Of a DNA stretch of 64,000 nucleotides, positions 19,147 to 28,134 are shown one piece after another; positions within the stretch are counted from its first letter, which is position 1; the number at the start of each line of letters is the position of its first letter. The notes beneath the pieces were generated by a model, which saw only the letters and a list, made by a program, of their open reading frames with translations, was not told the origin of the DNA and did no database searches. This DNA is from Deltaproteobacteria bacterium (GTDB lineage: Bacteria > Desulfobacterota > Desulfobacteria > Desulfobacterales > ETH-SRB1): the NCBI GenBank assembly GCA_030262895.1, contig JAJSZW010000002.1, positions 11,692-75,691 of the forward strand. The letters are read 5' to 3'. The position numbers and the translations under genes were made by a program.

Positions 19147-20031
19147 TTATCCCGGAAATTGAAAATTCACGATATAACTGGCCGTACCATTAGAAAACGT
19201 CACACGCAAGCGTGGTATTTCTCCGGTCTCCGTTGGTACGACAATTTTGACTGTTCTTGCCTTATCTCCTCCCGGGTCATCCACTTTGTAAGCATCGCGG
19301 CCAATGCTGCCTATAGGTGTGAATGCTGCCTGCACACCATCCGGGATACCAAGCAACAATGTGGTTTCTCCGGTTCCTTCCGTTACCACATAACGGAAGG
19401 AAATTGAAAATGGTCCGGCATTGATTTCCCCTTTTGAAAAGGCGGGCGTTATAGCAAAGGAATGCATTGTTGTCGTAGGGACCGTTTCTTCTTCTGTCTT
19501 CTCACGCAAGACCCCTGCCTCGGTAGCATGAACGCTAATTTGTGGTTTGCGTCCCATCGCCATGTTCTCCGCCGCGAGGTCGGCTTCTTGTTCGATCTGT
19601 GACTGTGGTTTTTCAAAACGATCTAAATCCCGTTTTAACCTGCCGCCCGTTTGAACGACATGCGTCAATTCATGGGCCAGGCTTTTCAGTCCTTTTTTCG
19701 TACTTGGATCATATTGCGCATGTCCAAAGTAGATATCTGAACCGCGAGTAAATGCCTTGGCTTTTCTAAGCTTCGCTGCCTGATTTGCATTGGCGTCTGT
19801 ATGCACCCTTACATCACTTAAATCCTGTTCCAGATAACGTTCCATTTCTTGCCGGATATCTGCATCAAGTGGGCGACCCGGACTGCTTTTTTCCTTGACC
19901 AATCCGGTATCTTTGTTGGCATTTACATGGTCTAAAGCCGACTCGGACAGACCTCCGGTTTTGTCGGCTAGATCACGCTCCTTATCCGGTGCCGAGCTTA
20001 ACTGCTCCAACCATCGCTTACGGCGTCTCAT
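19147..20031 (-). CDS. DUF4157-domain protein (eCIS-associated HExxH core)
   Basis: DLSDVRVHTDANANQAAKLRKAKAFTRGSDIYFGHAQYDP...LAHELTHVVQ. Confidence 0.8.
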   Translation of the reverse strand: MRRRKRWLEQLSSAPDKERDLADKTGGLSESALDHVNANKDTGLVKEKSSPGRPLDADIRQEMERYLEQDLSDVRVHTDANANQAAKLRKAKAFTRGSDIYFGHAQYDPSTKKGLKSLAHELTHVVQTGGRLKRDLDRFEKPQSQIEQEADLAAENMAMGRKPQISVHATEAGVLREKTEEETVPTTTMHSFAITPAFSKGEINAGPFSISFRYVVTEGTGETTLLLGIPDGVQAAFTPIGSIGRDAYKVDDPGGDKARTVKIVVPTETGEIPRLRVTFSNGTASYIVNFQFPG

Positions 20032-22313
20032 AAACTGGCCTCTTCTGCTACTAGTGGGAAATACTTGCCGAAATCAGACTTTGTGCAAAGCTTGCCGATC
20101 TTTTGAAATTCCCGTTTGATCCCGAAGATGATATGTTTCATAGTAATTTGCTGCTTTTCTTTTGCAGCAGCAAAGGCGCCGCTTAACGCTGCATTTTTGA
20201 TATTTCCACCTGAGAGTTTGAAACGTTCCGCCAGGAACATAAGGTTAATATCTTTTGACAGTGGCGCTTCCTCAGGAAAAACCTTTTTCCAGATTTGCTC
20301 TCTGTGTTTACTTTCCGGAAATGGGAAATCGATGCTGATTCGTAGTCTTCTTGTAAATGCACCGTCTAGATGACCGCGCATATTGGTTGCCAGGATAGCA
20401 ATACCGCTATATTCTTCTATTCTCTGCAGTAAATAGTTGACTTCGATATTTGCGTACCGATCATGCGAGTCTTTTACCTCGGTGCGCTTGCCAAACAAGG
20501 CGTCCGCTTCATCGAAGAACAGGATTGAATTGGACTGCTGTGCCTCATCGAAGACGTGGCTGAGATTTTTTTCTGTCTCGCCAATATACTTGCTGACAAT
20601 GCTTGATAGATCGACCTTGTAAAGGTCTAAGCCCAGGTCGCTGGCAATGATTTCTGCCGCCATGCTTTTACCTGTGCCCGATGGCCCGGAATATAATGCG
20701 CTGAGTCCTTGTCCCCGCTGCAGCTTTTTGCCAAACCCCCATGTTTCCAAAACAGCGTGGTGCAGCCTGACTTGGTCGCACATTTCTTTCAATTGAGCTA
20801 AACGCTCTGCAGAAATAATAATGTCGTCCCAAGTATAAATAGGCGTTATTTTTTTCGCAAGCTCACCAAGCTTAGATGAGTTCTGTTCACGACATGCCCG
20901 GTACACAAGCTCTCTACGTACTTCCGTGGACGAATTATTCTCCACTAGATTTAGATAAGTGAGTTGCCGAACAGCGTCTTCTATTTGACCACGCGTAAAT
21001 TGAAACTGGTTAGCTAACTCTTCAATATCACTGGTGTTGACTTTAATTGATGCCTCGGCCAACGTACTTTGCCATATTGTTTTACGAAGATCATAGTTTT
21101 GTATGGGCAACGTAACCCGGATTAATGGTTTTTTCCGCCCCGGCTCAAACGCGCCGGGTTTACAGGTGGCCATAAACACCAATCCCGGTATCTTCGTTAT
21201 CGTTTTGTCAATTGCACAGAGACTTAGCACACTCTGATTATCATTTTTGTAGAAGTATTCTATGCCACTGAATAGTATTGCTGAATTATTAAGCACTGCC
21301 TCACGGGTAAGGTCACGTAACACCCTTTCCGTACATTGATTTTGTTTTGCGAGTAGCGGCAGGTCAGCGACTAATAGGGATATCCCGAGATCCTGACAAA
21401 CAGCTGCGGCTGCCTGTTTTTTACCGACACCGTGTGGCCCTTCAATAAGACACAGGAACTGTGGGAAACTATCTTGTGTGCCATTTTCATGTCCACATTG
21501 CATCTCGCGGTAACGTGTAACGATATTGCGTAAACAGCATTTACAGGTTTCATCAAGTGCGAGTTCTTGTACGCCGTTATAACTTTGAATGTGAGATATG
21601 ACCGATTCGTATTGCGGATCTGTTAATTCGCGGTGCAATATGAAATTCACTATACGATCTTCCAGTTTTAAGGACCGGGACAGCAATGGCCGTGTACTTC
21701 GACTTTCTTCATCAATAAAACGAATTAATCCCATCCTTAGTAAGGAGGAACTGGTTTGAAAAAAGGATTGGCCGGTAATCGACTCTTCAAGATTTTGACA
21801 TAACAACTGCAGTACCAGATCAACACAGGGACGGCGTTGTGTAACATCATCTTGCAGATAGGCATAAAGCCGGTCATATTTTCGGTGCACTTCCGGCGCC
21901 GCCAGCACTATTAATACATCTTTCTCAAAAGGCGTTAGCCGAAATTGCTCAGCCAGCCACTCAAGTGCTGGTGGTATGCCAACTTTCCAAGACTGACTTA
22001 CCCGGCCATTGATACGCTGAGTCGCATTATTCAGACGGTGCAGAACCTCCTTATGCTTATCTGCCGAATACGCGTCTTCGGTACTTTGATGACTTTCCGT
22101 ACCTGGCAGGCAATGCTCTATAGCGTTTTTTGTTATCACCAAGCCAGACAGTTCCTGGTTAGTGCTTTTATCTGAATCAATACTATCAAGCTGAAGCCGA
22201 ATTAGCAGATCCAGTCTGGTTAACTGGTCCGTCAGGTATTCTGCCTCGCCTGGGTAGGCATTCCATTGAGAAATCTTTAGGGTTTCAGCATCCATTTTAA
22301 CGTAATAGCTCAC
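20028..22313 (-). CDS. AAA+ ATPase (Afp15/Pvc15-like), two P-loops
   Basis: D1 has GPHGVGKK. D2 has GPSGTGKSMAAEIIASDLGLDLYKVDLSSIVSKYIGETEKNL...ILFFDEADALFGKR (CDC48/FtsH-type Walker A and B). Confidence 0.9.
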   Translation of the reverse strand: MSYYVKMDAETLKISQWNAYPGEAEYLTDQLTRLDLLIRLQLDSIDSDKSTNQELSGLVITKNAIEHCLPGTESHQSTEDAYSADKHKEVLHRLNNATQRINGRVSQSWKVGIPPALEWLAEQFRLTPFEKDVLIVLAAPEVHRKYDRLYAYLQDDVTQRRPCVDLVLQLLCQNLEESITGQSFFQTSSSLLRMGLIRFIDEESRSTRPLLSRSLKLEDRIVNFILHRELTDPQYESVISHIQSYNGVQELALDETCKCCLRNIVTRYREMQCGHENGTQDSFPQFLCLIEGPHGVGKKQAAAAVCQDLGISLLVADLPLLAKQNQCTERVLRDLTREAVLNNSAILFSGIEYFYKNDNQSVLSLCAIDKTITKIPGLVFMATCKPGAFEPGRKKPLIRVTLPIQNYDLRKTIWQSTLAEASIKVNTSDIEELANQFQFTRGQIEDAVRQLTYLNLVENNSSTEVRRELVYRACREQNSSKLGELAKKITPIYTWDDIIISAERLAQLKEMCDQVRLHHAVLETWGFGKKLQRGQGLSALYSGPSGTGKSMAAEIIASDLGLDLYKVDLSSIVSKYIGETEKNLSHVFDEAQQSNSILFFDEADALFGKRTEVKDSHDRYANIEVNYLLQRIEEYSGIAILATNMRGHLDGAFTRRLRISIDFPFPESKHREQIWKKVFPEEAPLSKDINLMFLAERFKLSGGNIKNAALSGAFAAAKEKQQITMKHIIFGIKREFQKIGKLCTKSDFGKYFPLVAEEASL

Positions 22314-22881
22314 TGTATTCTGTTATTTGCGTGCCTACACGTCCCACTTCTTCGATGTCTCGTGAATCAATCAGCGCTATACGTACTTCATAGCAAACTG
22401 ACAATCGATATGGCATCTGCAATGAATTCCAGATACGTGTTTGCTCCTCCAGATTCATCCGGCATAAAATTATGCGCATTTCTTCTCCTCTACCTCGCAA
22501 ATTGCCTTGCAGCAAAGGATAGGTAATAAGTGGATGATCGTAAAATATGCGCATTGCATCGCCCAGGATCAGATGTTCATCAAGATTGGCATTGTTACCG
22601 CCATTATTTTCCTGAGTATAGGGCGTCAACATATAATAAAGATTCAGGGCTAAGGGTGTACGCTGCATAACGCTGGTCCCATGCCGGAGTGAGTCACGGT
22701 TCTTAGCAAACGGATTTTCCGTAACGTGATATAAATATAAATTCAACAAATGATCCGTTGTTATGGCTACACTTTTCGGCGAATTAAGTGAGATCTCAAT
22801 ATCCGAAGATGCTTCTATATTGTCATCTAATAGCGTTTGCAGAGTTTCGCTCACGTCGCGTATGACTGCGTATGAACTCAT
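22297..22881 (-). CDS. DUF4255 / Pvc16-N-like tail terminator (cap) protein
   Basis: 194 aa. The start IRDVSETLQTLLDDNI... and LNLYLYHVTENPFAKN resemble the DUF4255 family. The position next to the ATPase is conserved in eCIS loci. Confidence 0.7.
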   Translation of the reverse strand: MSSYAVIRDVSETLQTLLDDNIEASSDIEISLNSPKSVAITTDHLLNLYLYHVTENPFAKNRDSLRHGTSVMQRTPLALNLYYMLTPYTQENNGGNNANLDEHLILGDAMRIFYDHPLITYPLLQGNLRGRGEEMRIILCRMNLEEQTRIWNSLQMPYRLSVCYEVRIALIDSRDIEEVGRVGTQITEYSELLR

Positions 22882-23378
22882 ACAGTCACCATCTCTATTC
22901 CTTCATGAGCAAGCTCGATTGTTTCAAAGGCGACGCTATTGTCGGTTGCCTTTAGATCCGGTCCTATCCATTTGATCGGAAACGCTCTGCGGAGCAACCA
23001 TTCCTTTGTTGTTTCACCGGATGCATTGACTATCGCAATAGAAATACGGCGGCTACTGTCCTGTTCGCTAGCTTCGGAACTATGGCCAGCCTGATCATGA
23101 GCCGACGGTCTTTGGTTAGCATGTGAAAATGTCCCATTAGCAACATCAAGGTACCAATCGAATAAGTCATGAGACACCGTAAGACCCCGCTTTAGAATAA
23201 TATTCTTCACATTAGTCCTTTCTGGGAACTTTAAGGTATGGAAATTCAACCCACCTTCAGGATATTCAAACACTTTTGTTTCCATTTCAAGTCCGGTACA
23301 TTCCGAATAGCCCGCAATTTCAATATTTCCCAGCGTTAGACGATACATAAAACCTGTAAATGGATCCTCTTGTCTCAT
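22878..23378 (-). CDS. Tail tube protein 2 (T4 gp19-like; Afp5-like)
   Basis: FMYRLTLGNIEIAGYSECTGLEMETKVFEYPEGG, paralogous to ORF 26086..26553. Confidence 0.85.
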   Translation of the reverse strand: MRQEDPFTGFMYRLTLGNIEIAGYSECTGLEMETKVFEYPEGGLNFHTLKFPERTNVKNIILKRGLTVSHDLFDWYLDVANGTFSHANQRPSAHDQAGHSSEASEQDSSRRISIAIVNASGETTKEWLLRRAFPIKWIGPDLKATDNSVAFETIELAHEGIEMVTV

Positions 23379-23404
23379 GGCTTGTTGGTCATTTCCCTGA
23401 TAAT

Positions 23405-25462
23405 TTATGTAGCTGCAGCAGTAGACATTTCGAGTGACTCGGATGTCCGTTTGATAGTGACAATAATAAATTCTGCCGGATAGAGTGGCGCGAACCCTAT
23501 TTCTGCAACAATCAAACCTAACTCGAGATTTTCCGGAGTATTTGTCTCGTTGTCACACTTAACGTAATAGGCTTGCTCCGGTGTTGAGCCGGCTAATATG
23601 TTGGTACGGTAAAGTCCATCCAGATAACCACGCAACGCAATCGCTAATTTACGTTGTAATTGATTGTCATTCGGTTCAAAGGTTGCCCAACTGAGAGAGT
23701 GCCTGATCTCCTTCTTAATGACCAACATTATTCTACGCACAGCAATGTATGCCCATTCAGGATTACCAGATAAGGTCCTCGCACCCCATACCCGGATACC
23801 GCGTGCCGGCAATGCGCGTATGCAGTTCACATGTGCAGCATTCAGGCGGGCTTGAATAGTGTCATCCACAGCAAACTGAAGGCCAACAACATCTTCTATC
23901 GCTTCATTGGCAGGAGATCTATGTACACCCTGATATAAATCGGTACGCCCGTACAAACCTGCCACAAAACCACTAGGCGGAATAAAGCGTTGTATCTTAT
24001 AACCGTTAATTTCCGGCAATTGCAACCATGGGAAATAGACTGCTCCATTAATGGACTCCGGCAAATGGACAAGAGGCTCCATATATGCGGTTAGCAGTAA
24101 ACTTACCGGATCAGCAGGAGTATCCGTGGATTTTGGAGAATCGATAATTGCAAAACGGTCGCCCATTTTTTCGCAGTGACAAAGCATTTCCTGCTGAGCT
24201 ATGTTGTAGTGATCAATACTGGTTGAAGCACTAATCGCATGACTTAAATCGGGAATGGTGACCAGGCTGATTTCCTCCACTGTCTCTAATGTGGCAAGTC
24301 CTTGATAGCCATCGACCGTGGGAGCCACAAATGGGAAATAAGTATCACCATCTTTTCCGGTGAAATAATGGACATCAATGGGAGTCACTGGATTCCGCCC
24401 GCTTTGTGTTAAGGGAAAAATCTCAATTTGGGAATTGGTATAAAGGTCGTTGATCGCCGCCTGATATGCAGCCTGTTCCGACAATTCAATAATCTGATCC
24501 CGTATTTCGTCTGTCATAACTCCAATAAAACGCAACCGACCAGAACTATAAGAAATCCGGTGACTGATGCTATCCGGAAAATCAATGCCAGATGGCAAAG
24601 CGGCTAAAGGGGTCGAAGTTTCTGTATCCACACCTCTAAGCGGGCGAACATTGGTTGTGGATTGACCCGACAATTTAACCAGTATTGAATGGCCTTGCGC
24701 CATCTTTTTAACGTACGATTCAACTGCCGGATCACCATTAACGATATCCGGATAATACTGGTAATGATCGCTATTGAATGACAAATTTTCATACGATTCA
24801 TTTCTGTCTAAATACTTTATATTTAAATCAACCCCTCTTCCAAGCACGACACTATCTTTAGCAAAAGCTTGTCCGGTTACCGAGCTCAATCTCACTTGGG
24901 TCTCTGAGATAATCGCACTGACGACATAGTCTGCGCGCGAATGGATGCCGGCATGGTTAACAATTGTTATATCAGCCCCCGGATACATGTCGATGGTCGA
25001 GTCTACCGTTAGCAGGTCCGTAGCCGAATGAGCATTTTCCACTAAACTGCTGAGAGGTATTTTTCCCCGACTAAGAGTGAGGTCCAGCTTAATATCATTG
25101 CCCCAGACACCTTCATTTATGGCAACGACTTTAATGACAGCAGTAGCGGAAGAATTTAATACTTGCCTTTGTGTTGATAACGGTTTAACCAGGTCATCCT
25201 GTATATCCGCTACCCGCAACACGTAGCACACGGACCCCCCATTTCTAAAAAAGCCGTAGACCGATGGAGCCAAATCATATTCGCTGGTTATACTGTCAAA
25301 GATAGATTCGAATTCACCCCAATTCTCTATTCGTTGTGGTGAATTCATCGGTCCACGGTTCGATAGACCTACCAGTCCCGTTATGCTGGTCAAGCGTGTC
25401 CGTGGCACCGGTTGTTCGGAGATTCGTTCCGTATATATACCTGGCGTCCGATATGCATTCAT
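23405..25462 (-). CDS. Tail sheath protein 3 (Afp4-like)
   Basis: N-terminal YRTPGIYTERI. C-terminal GIRVWGARTLSGNPEWAYIAVRRIMLVIKKEI...FEPND...AYYVKCD. Confidence 0.85.
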   Translation of the reverse strand: MNAYRTPGIYTERISEQPVPRTRLTSITGLVGLSNRGPMNSPQRIENWGEFESIFDSITSEYDLAPSVYGFFRNGGSVCYVLRVADIQDDLVKPLSTQRQVLNSSATAVIKVVAINEGVWGNDIKLDLTLSRGKIPLSSLVENAHSATDLLTVDSTIDMYPGADITIVNHAGIHSRADYVVSAIISETQVRLSSVTGQAFAKDSVVLGRGVDLNIKYLDRNESYENLSFNSDHYQYYPDIVNGDPAVESYVKKMAQGHSILVKLSGQSTTNVRPLRGVDTETSTPLAALPSGIDFPDSISHRISYSSGRLRFIGVMTDEIRDQIIELSEQAAYQAAINDLYTNSQIEIFPLTQSGRNPVTPIDVHYFTGKDGDTYFPFVAPTVDGYQGLATLETVEEISLVTIPDLSHAISASTSIDHYNIAQQEMLCHCEKMGDRFAIIDSPKSTDTPADPVSLLLTAYMEPLVHLPESINGAVYFPWLQLPEINGYKIQRFIPPSGFVAGLYGRTDLYQGVHRSPANEAIEDVVGLQFAVDDTIQARLNAAHVNCIRALPARGIRVWGARTLSGNPEWAYIAVRRIMLVIKKEIRHSLSWATFEPNDNQLQRKLAIALRGYLDGLYRTNILAGSTPEQAYYVKCDNETNTPENLELGLIVAEIGFAPLYPAEFIIVTIKRTSESLEMSTAAAT

Positions 25463-25474
25463 GGCAAGGATCTA

Positions 25475-25669
25475 TTAAGTTTGCATTTCCAAATTCTGCG
25501 CTGAATCATTAATTTCTTTGTTTATTTGCGAAATTTCGTCAACCCACTGCCGACGCTCCAGATGCGAAAGATACATTAGCTGGTCTTTTGGCCAGTGAAA
25601 GTGGTACGCAATAAAGGCTATCTCCCTACGCGCCTGTTTTCGGGGATAGCAAACTATTCCCCCAGGGAA
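25475..25669 (-). CDS. Start-codon-less ORF in the -1 frame encoding a small conserved CIS protein motif (AFIAYHFHWP...ERRQWVDEISQIN). Possible frameshift extension of the upstream chaperone-like gene.
   Basis: Manual translation gives FPGGIVCYPRKQARREIAFIAYHFHWPKDQLMYLSHLERRQWVDEISQINKEINDSAQNLEMQT*. The conserved motif precedes the only ATG. The frame overlaps the last 5 codons and stop of ORF 25654..26040 at a run of five G (plus-strand C run 25659-25663). Confidence 0.45.
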   Translation of the reverse strand, partial: FPGGIVCYPRKQARREIAFIAYHFHWPKDQLMYLSHLERRQWVDEISQINKEINDSAQNLEMQT

Positions 25670-26040
25670 TCACCTCTGCGTATTTCCTGTTCTTCTACTT
25701 CAAAGTTCTGTTTACAATGCGGACACGATAGGGTCAGGTGCGCATGCCCGTTAGCATTTATCTGCTGGTAAAGATCTTGTAAATATGAAACGTCCCCGGC
25801 AAACATGCGTTCAACAATCGCGGGATTGATATCCTCCAGGCTACCCAATTGAGTGATAACCCTGGATAACAAAATGATACTCATATATGCATCATTACGT
25901 TGCACACGAGGATCCTGCAAGGGCGCTATTTCATCTGCCGCATTCGCCAAGCGCATCACGCCCTCCCTGTGTAAGTTCCCATCATGGTCAATATAGCCTT
26001 TTGGTAAAGTAAAGGTAAATTCCGTCTGGAACATGGTCAC
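25654..26040 (-). CDS. Conserved CIS small protein, tail-assembly-chaperone-like, with C-terminal CPHC zinc-ribbon-like motif
   Basis: FTFTLPKGYIDHDGNLHREGVMRLANAADEIAPLQDPRV... matches the small protein I recall being annotated as a phage tail assembly protein next to tube genes in eCIS loci. This is from memory and unverified. Confidence 0.55.
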   Translation of the reverse strand: MTMFQTEFTFTLPKGYIDHDGNLHREGVMRLANAADEIAPLQDPRVQRNDAYMSIILLSRVITQLGSLEDINPAIVERMFAGDVSYLQDLYQQINANGHAHLTLSCPHCKQNFEVEEQEIRRGDSLGE

Positions 26041-26085
26041 TTCCTCTTAACTGCGCAGTTTTTTAGCGAACTCTTATACCACCAT

Positions 26086-26553
26086 CTAACTAACTACCAT
26101 TTCTGTAATTCCTTCATGGCACAATTCCAGTGTTTCGATCGCAATCTCATTGCCACTTGCCTTCAATTCCGGCCCTACATACTTTGACGGCCATGCGTCT
26201 TTCAAATTCCAACGCATGCGTTCACCAGTACCGGCATCATCGAAACCACGCTCGTCATAGACTACAATCGAGACATTTTTACGCTCAATAACACCATCCA
26301 TAACGGACTTCCGCCATTCAAAGAGTTCCGTATTGGTGCTATAGCCGCGCTTAAGTGTTATGTTGGAGAATTTCTTCAATCCCGGTAGTTTTCTTACAGT
26401 AATTTCGCCGGTTCCTTCCCGGTATTCGATAACATCTGTTTCACTATCAACACCTGTACATTCCGTGAAACCGGCTGCTGTTATCCCATCTATTTCTATT
26501 TTGAAGTTGAACGACCCAAATGGATCAAAAGGATTATCTTCTCTTCTTGCCAT
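26086..26553 (-). CDS. Tail tube protein 1 (T4 gp19-like; Afp1-like)
   Basis: DPFGSFNFKIEIDGITAAGFTECTGVDSETDVIEYREG. Confidence 0.9.
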   Translation of the reverse strand: MARREDNPFDPFGSFNFKIEIDGITAAGFTECTGVDSETDVIEYREGTGEITVRKLPGLKKFSNITLKRGYSTNTELFEWRKSVMDGVIERKNVSIVVYDERGFDDAGTGERMRWNLKDAWPSKYVGPELKASGNEIAIETLELCHEGITEMVVS

Positions 26554-26596
26554 GACATTTATCTCCTATGAGCCTGAAATCTGGTTAATAACATGA

Positions 26597-28120
26597 CTAT
26601 TCACTAATTTCTGCACCTGCTTTTGATTGAGAGATACGGAAAATGACAAACTCTGCAGGCTTCGTAATGGCGACGCCTATTTCAGTTATTACTTTACCTT
26701 CTTCAATTGAGTCCGGTGGATTCGTCTCCGCATCGCACTTGACATAAAATGCCCTGTCTTCGGTTTCACCGAATAAAGCCCCGGTGCGCCAAACAACACG
26801 GAGAAATGCGCGGATGTTGCGCTCTATCGAACGCCACAAACTGGGTGTATTGGGCTCAAACACTACCCACTGGGTTCCTTCTTCAATGGATTCTTCGATG
26901 TAGAGCAGCAATCTGCGTGTTCCCACGTAGCGAAATTCAGGATCTGCCGAGACCGTTCGGGCGCCCCATATGACGTTACCAACTCCGGTAATATTTCGAA
27001 GCACATTGACGTTTATTGGATTAAGGACAGCGAGTTCCGCATGGCTCAACTGCTTTCTCAAACTCAGTACACCGCGCAACAAACCATCTTCCTGGCCGGC
27101 AGGTGCCTTATGTACACCACGCCTTATATCAGTTTGCGAATAGCGACCCGCAACTGCGCCAACAGGTGAAACGAGCCTGCTTTTGTTCGTTAACGGATCC
27201 GGCACATTTATCCAGGGCACATAGAGCGCGCCATAACTGGAGTTAAATGCGTTTTGTCCCACATACTCAGATCCCGTCGCCTGCTTGAAATCCCTCGCCT
27301 CTGCTGCTGTATCTACGGTATCCGTAGCATGTGCGATAAAAAAACAGTCACGCCGATTTTCACAATAATTAATGCCAAGCAACATGACACTGCGAGATGC
27401 GCTATCCGGAATACCGACGATGTTTATATCATCTATGGGATCAAAGGATTGCAGTCCATCTAATCCGGTAAAATCACTATCGGCAATGGATGCGGTAACG
27501 ATTCCATTGCTGCCGCCGGGTAGACTACGCCGATTATCAACCACAGGGCGGCCTGGTAGTGTTCCTATACTATCCGGATTAGCATGGACCCGTATATAGG
27601 CCGATACGTCGTTGACCAGCAATTCAACGAAGGCATCGCTATTTGGCTCAAGGTCAACGGAATCATAGCTTTCGACTTGTTCACCCCGATAGAAAACAAC
27701 TAGCCGGAATGCAGGCGCGGCCGCGGGATGTTCGATGCTGATTGCAAGCGAATCACCCCATGTTCCGGGGCTATGGGCATCAACTTTTAACGCGTCGTCC
27801 GTAGCGCTGTCCTGAAAGGTGAATGTAGACAAAGCCGCCAATCGTCCGGTTGAACTATGCGCACAGGTACGCACGACATAGCAGCGTGTGCCACCATTCT
27901 CAAAAAAGAGATTAACGGCGTAGGCAAGATCAGCATTGGGAATAAAGCCACCGAATTGATTAAAAAACTCCCCGCGATTCCCAATCAATATTGCTTCGCC
28001 AATAGGCCCTTTCTCTGCAAAACCCACAAAAGCACCTGTTGATGTACCTACACCTTGTATTGGTTTTACACTTGAAGGGATTTCTTCAACATAAACACCT
28101 GGTGATAAGTATTCTGGCAT
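26597..28120 (-). CDS. Tail sheath protein 2
   Basis: MPEYLSPGVYVEEIPSS..., GGTRCYVVR, C-terminal VIWGARTVSADPEFRYVGTRRLLLYIEESI...VFEPN...AFYVKCD. Confidence 0.9.
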   Translation of the reverse strand: MPEYLSPGVYVEEIPSSVKPIQGVGTSTGAFVGFAEKGPIGEAILIGNRGEFFNQFGGFIPNADLAYAVNLFFENGGTRCYVVRTCAHSSTGRLAALSTFTFQDSATDDALKVDAHSPGTWGDSLAISIEHPAAAPAFRLVVFYRGEQVESYDSVDLEPNSDAFVELLVNDVSAYIRVHANPDSIGTLPGRPVVDNRRSLPGGSNGIVTASIADSDFTGLDGLQSFDPIDDINIVGIPDSASRSVMLLGINYCENRRDCFFIAHATDTVDTAAEARDFKQATGSEYVGQNAFNSSYGALYVPWINVPDPLTNKSRLVSPVGAVAGRYSQTDIRRGVHKAPAGQEDGLLRGVLSLRKQLSHAELAVLNPINVNVLRNITGVGNVIWGARTVSADPEFRYVGTRRLLLYIEESIEEGTQWVVFEPNTPSLWRSIERNIRAFLRVVWRTGALFGETEDRAFYVKCDAETNPPDSIEEGKVITEIGVAITKPAEFVIFRISQSKAGAEISE

Positions 28121-28134
28121 TGTCTTACACTCCT

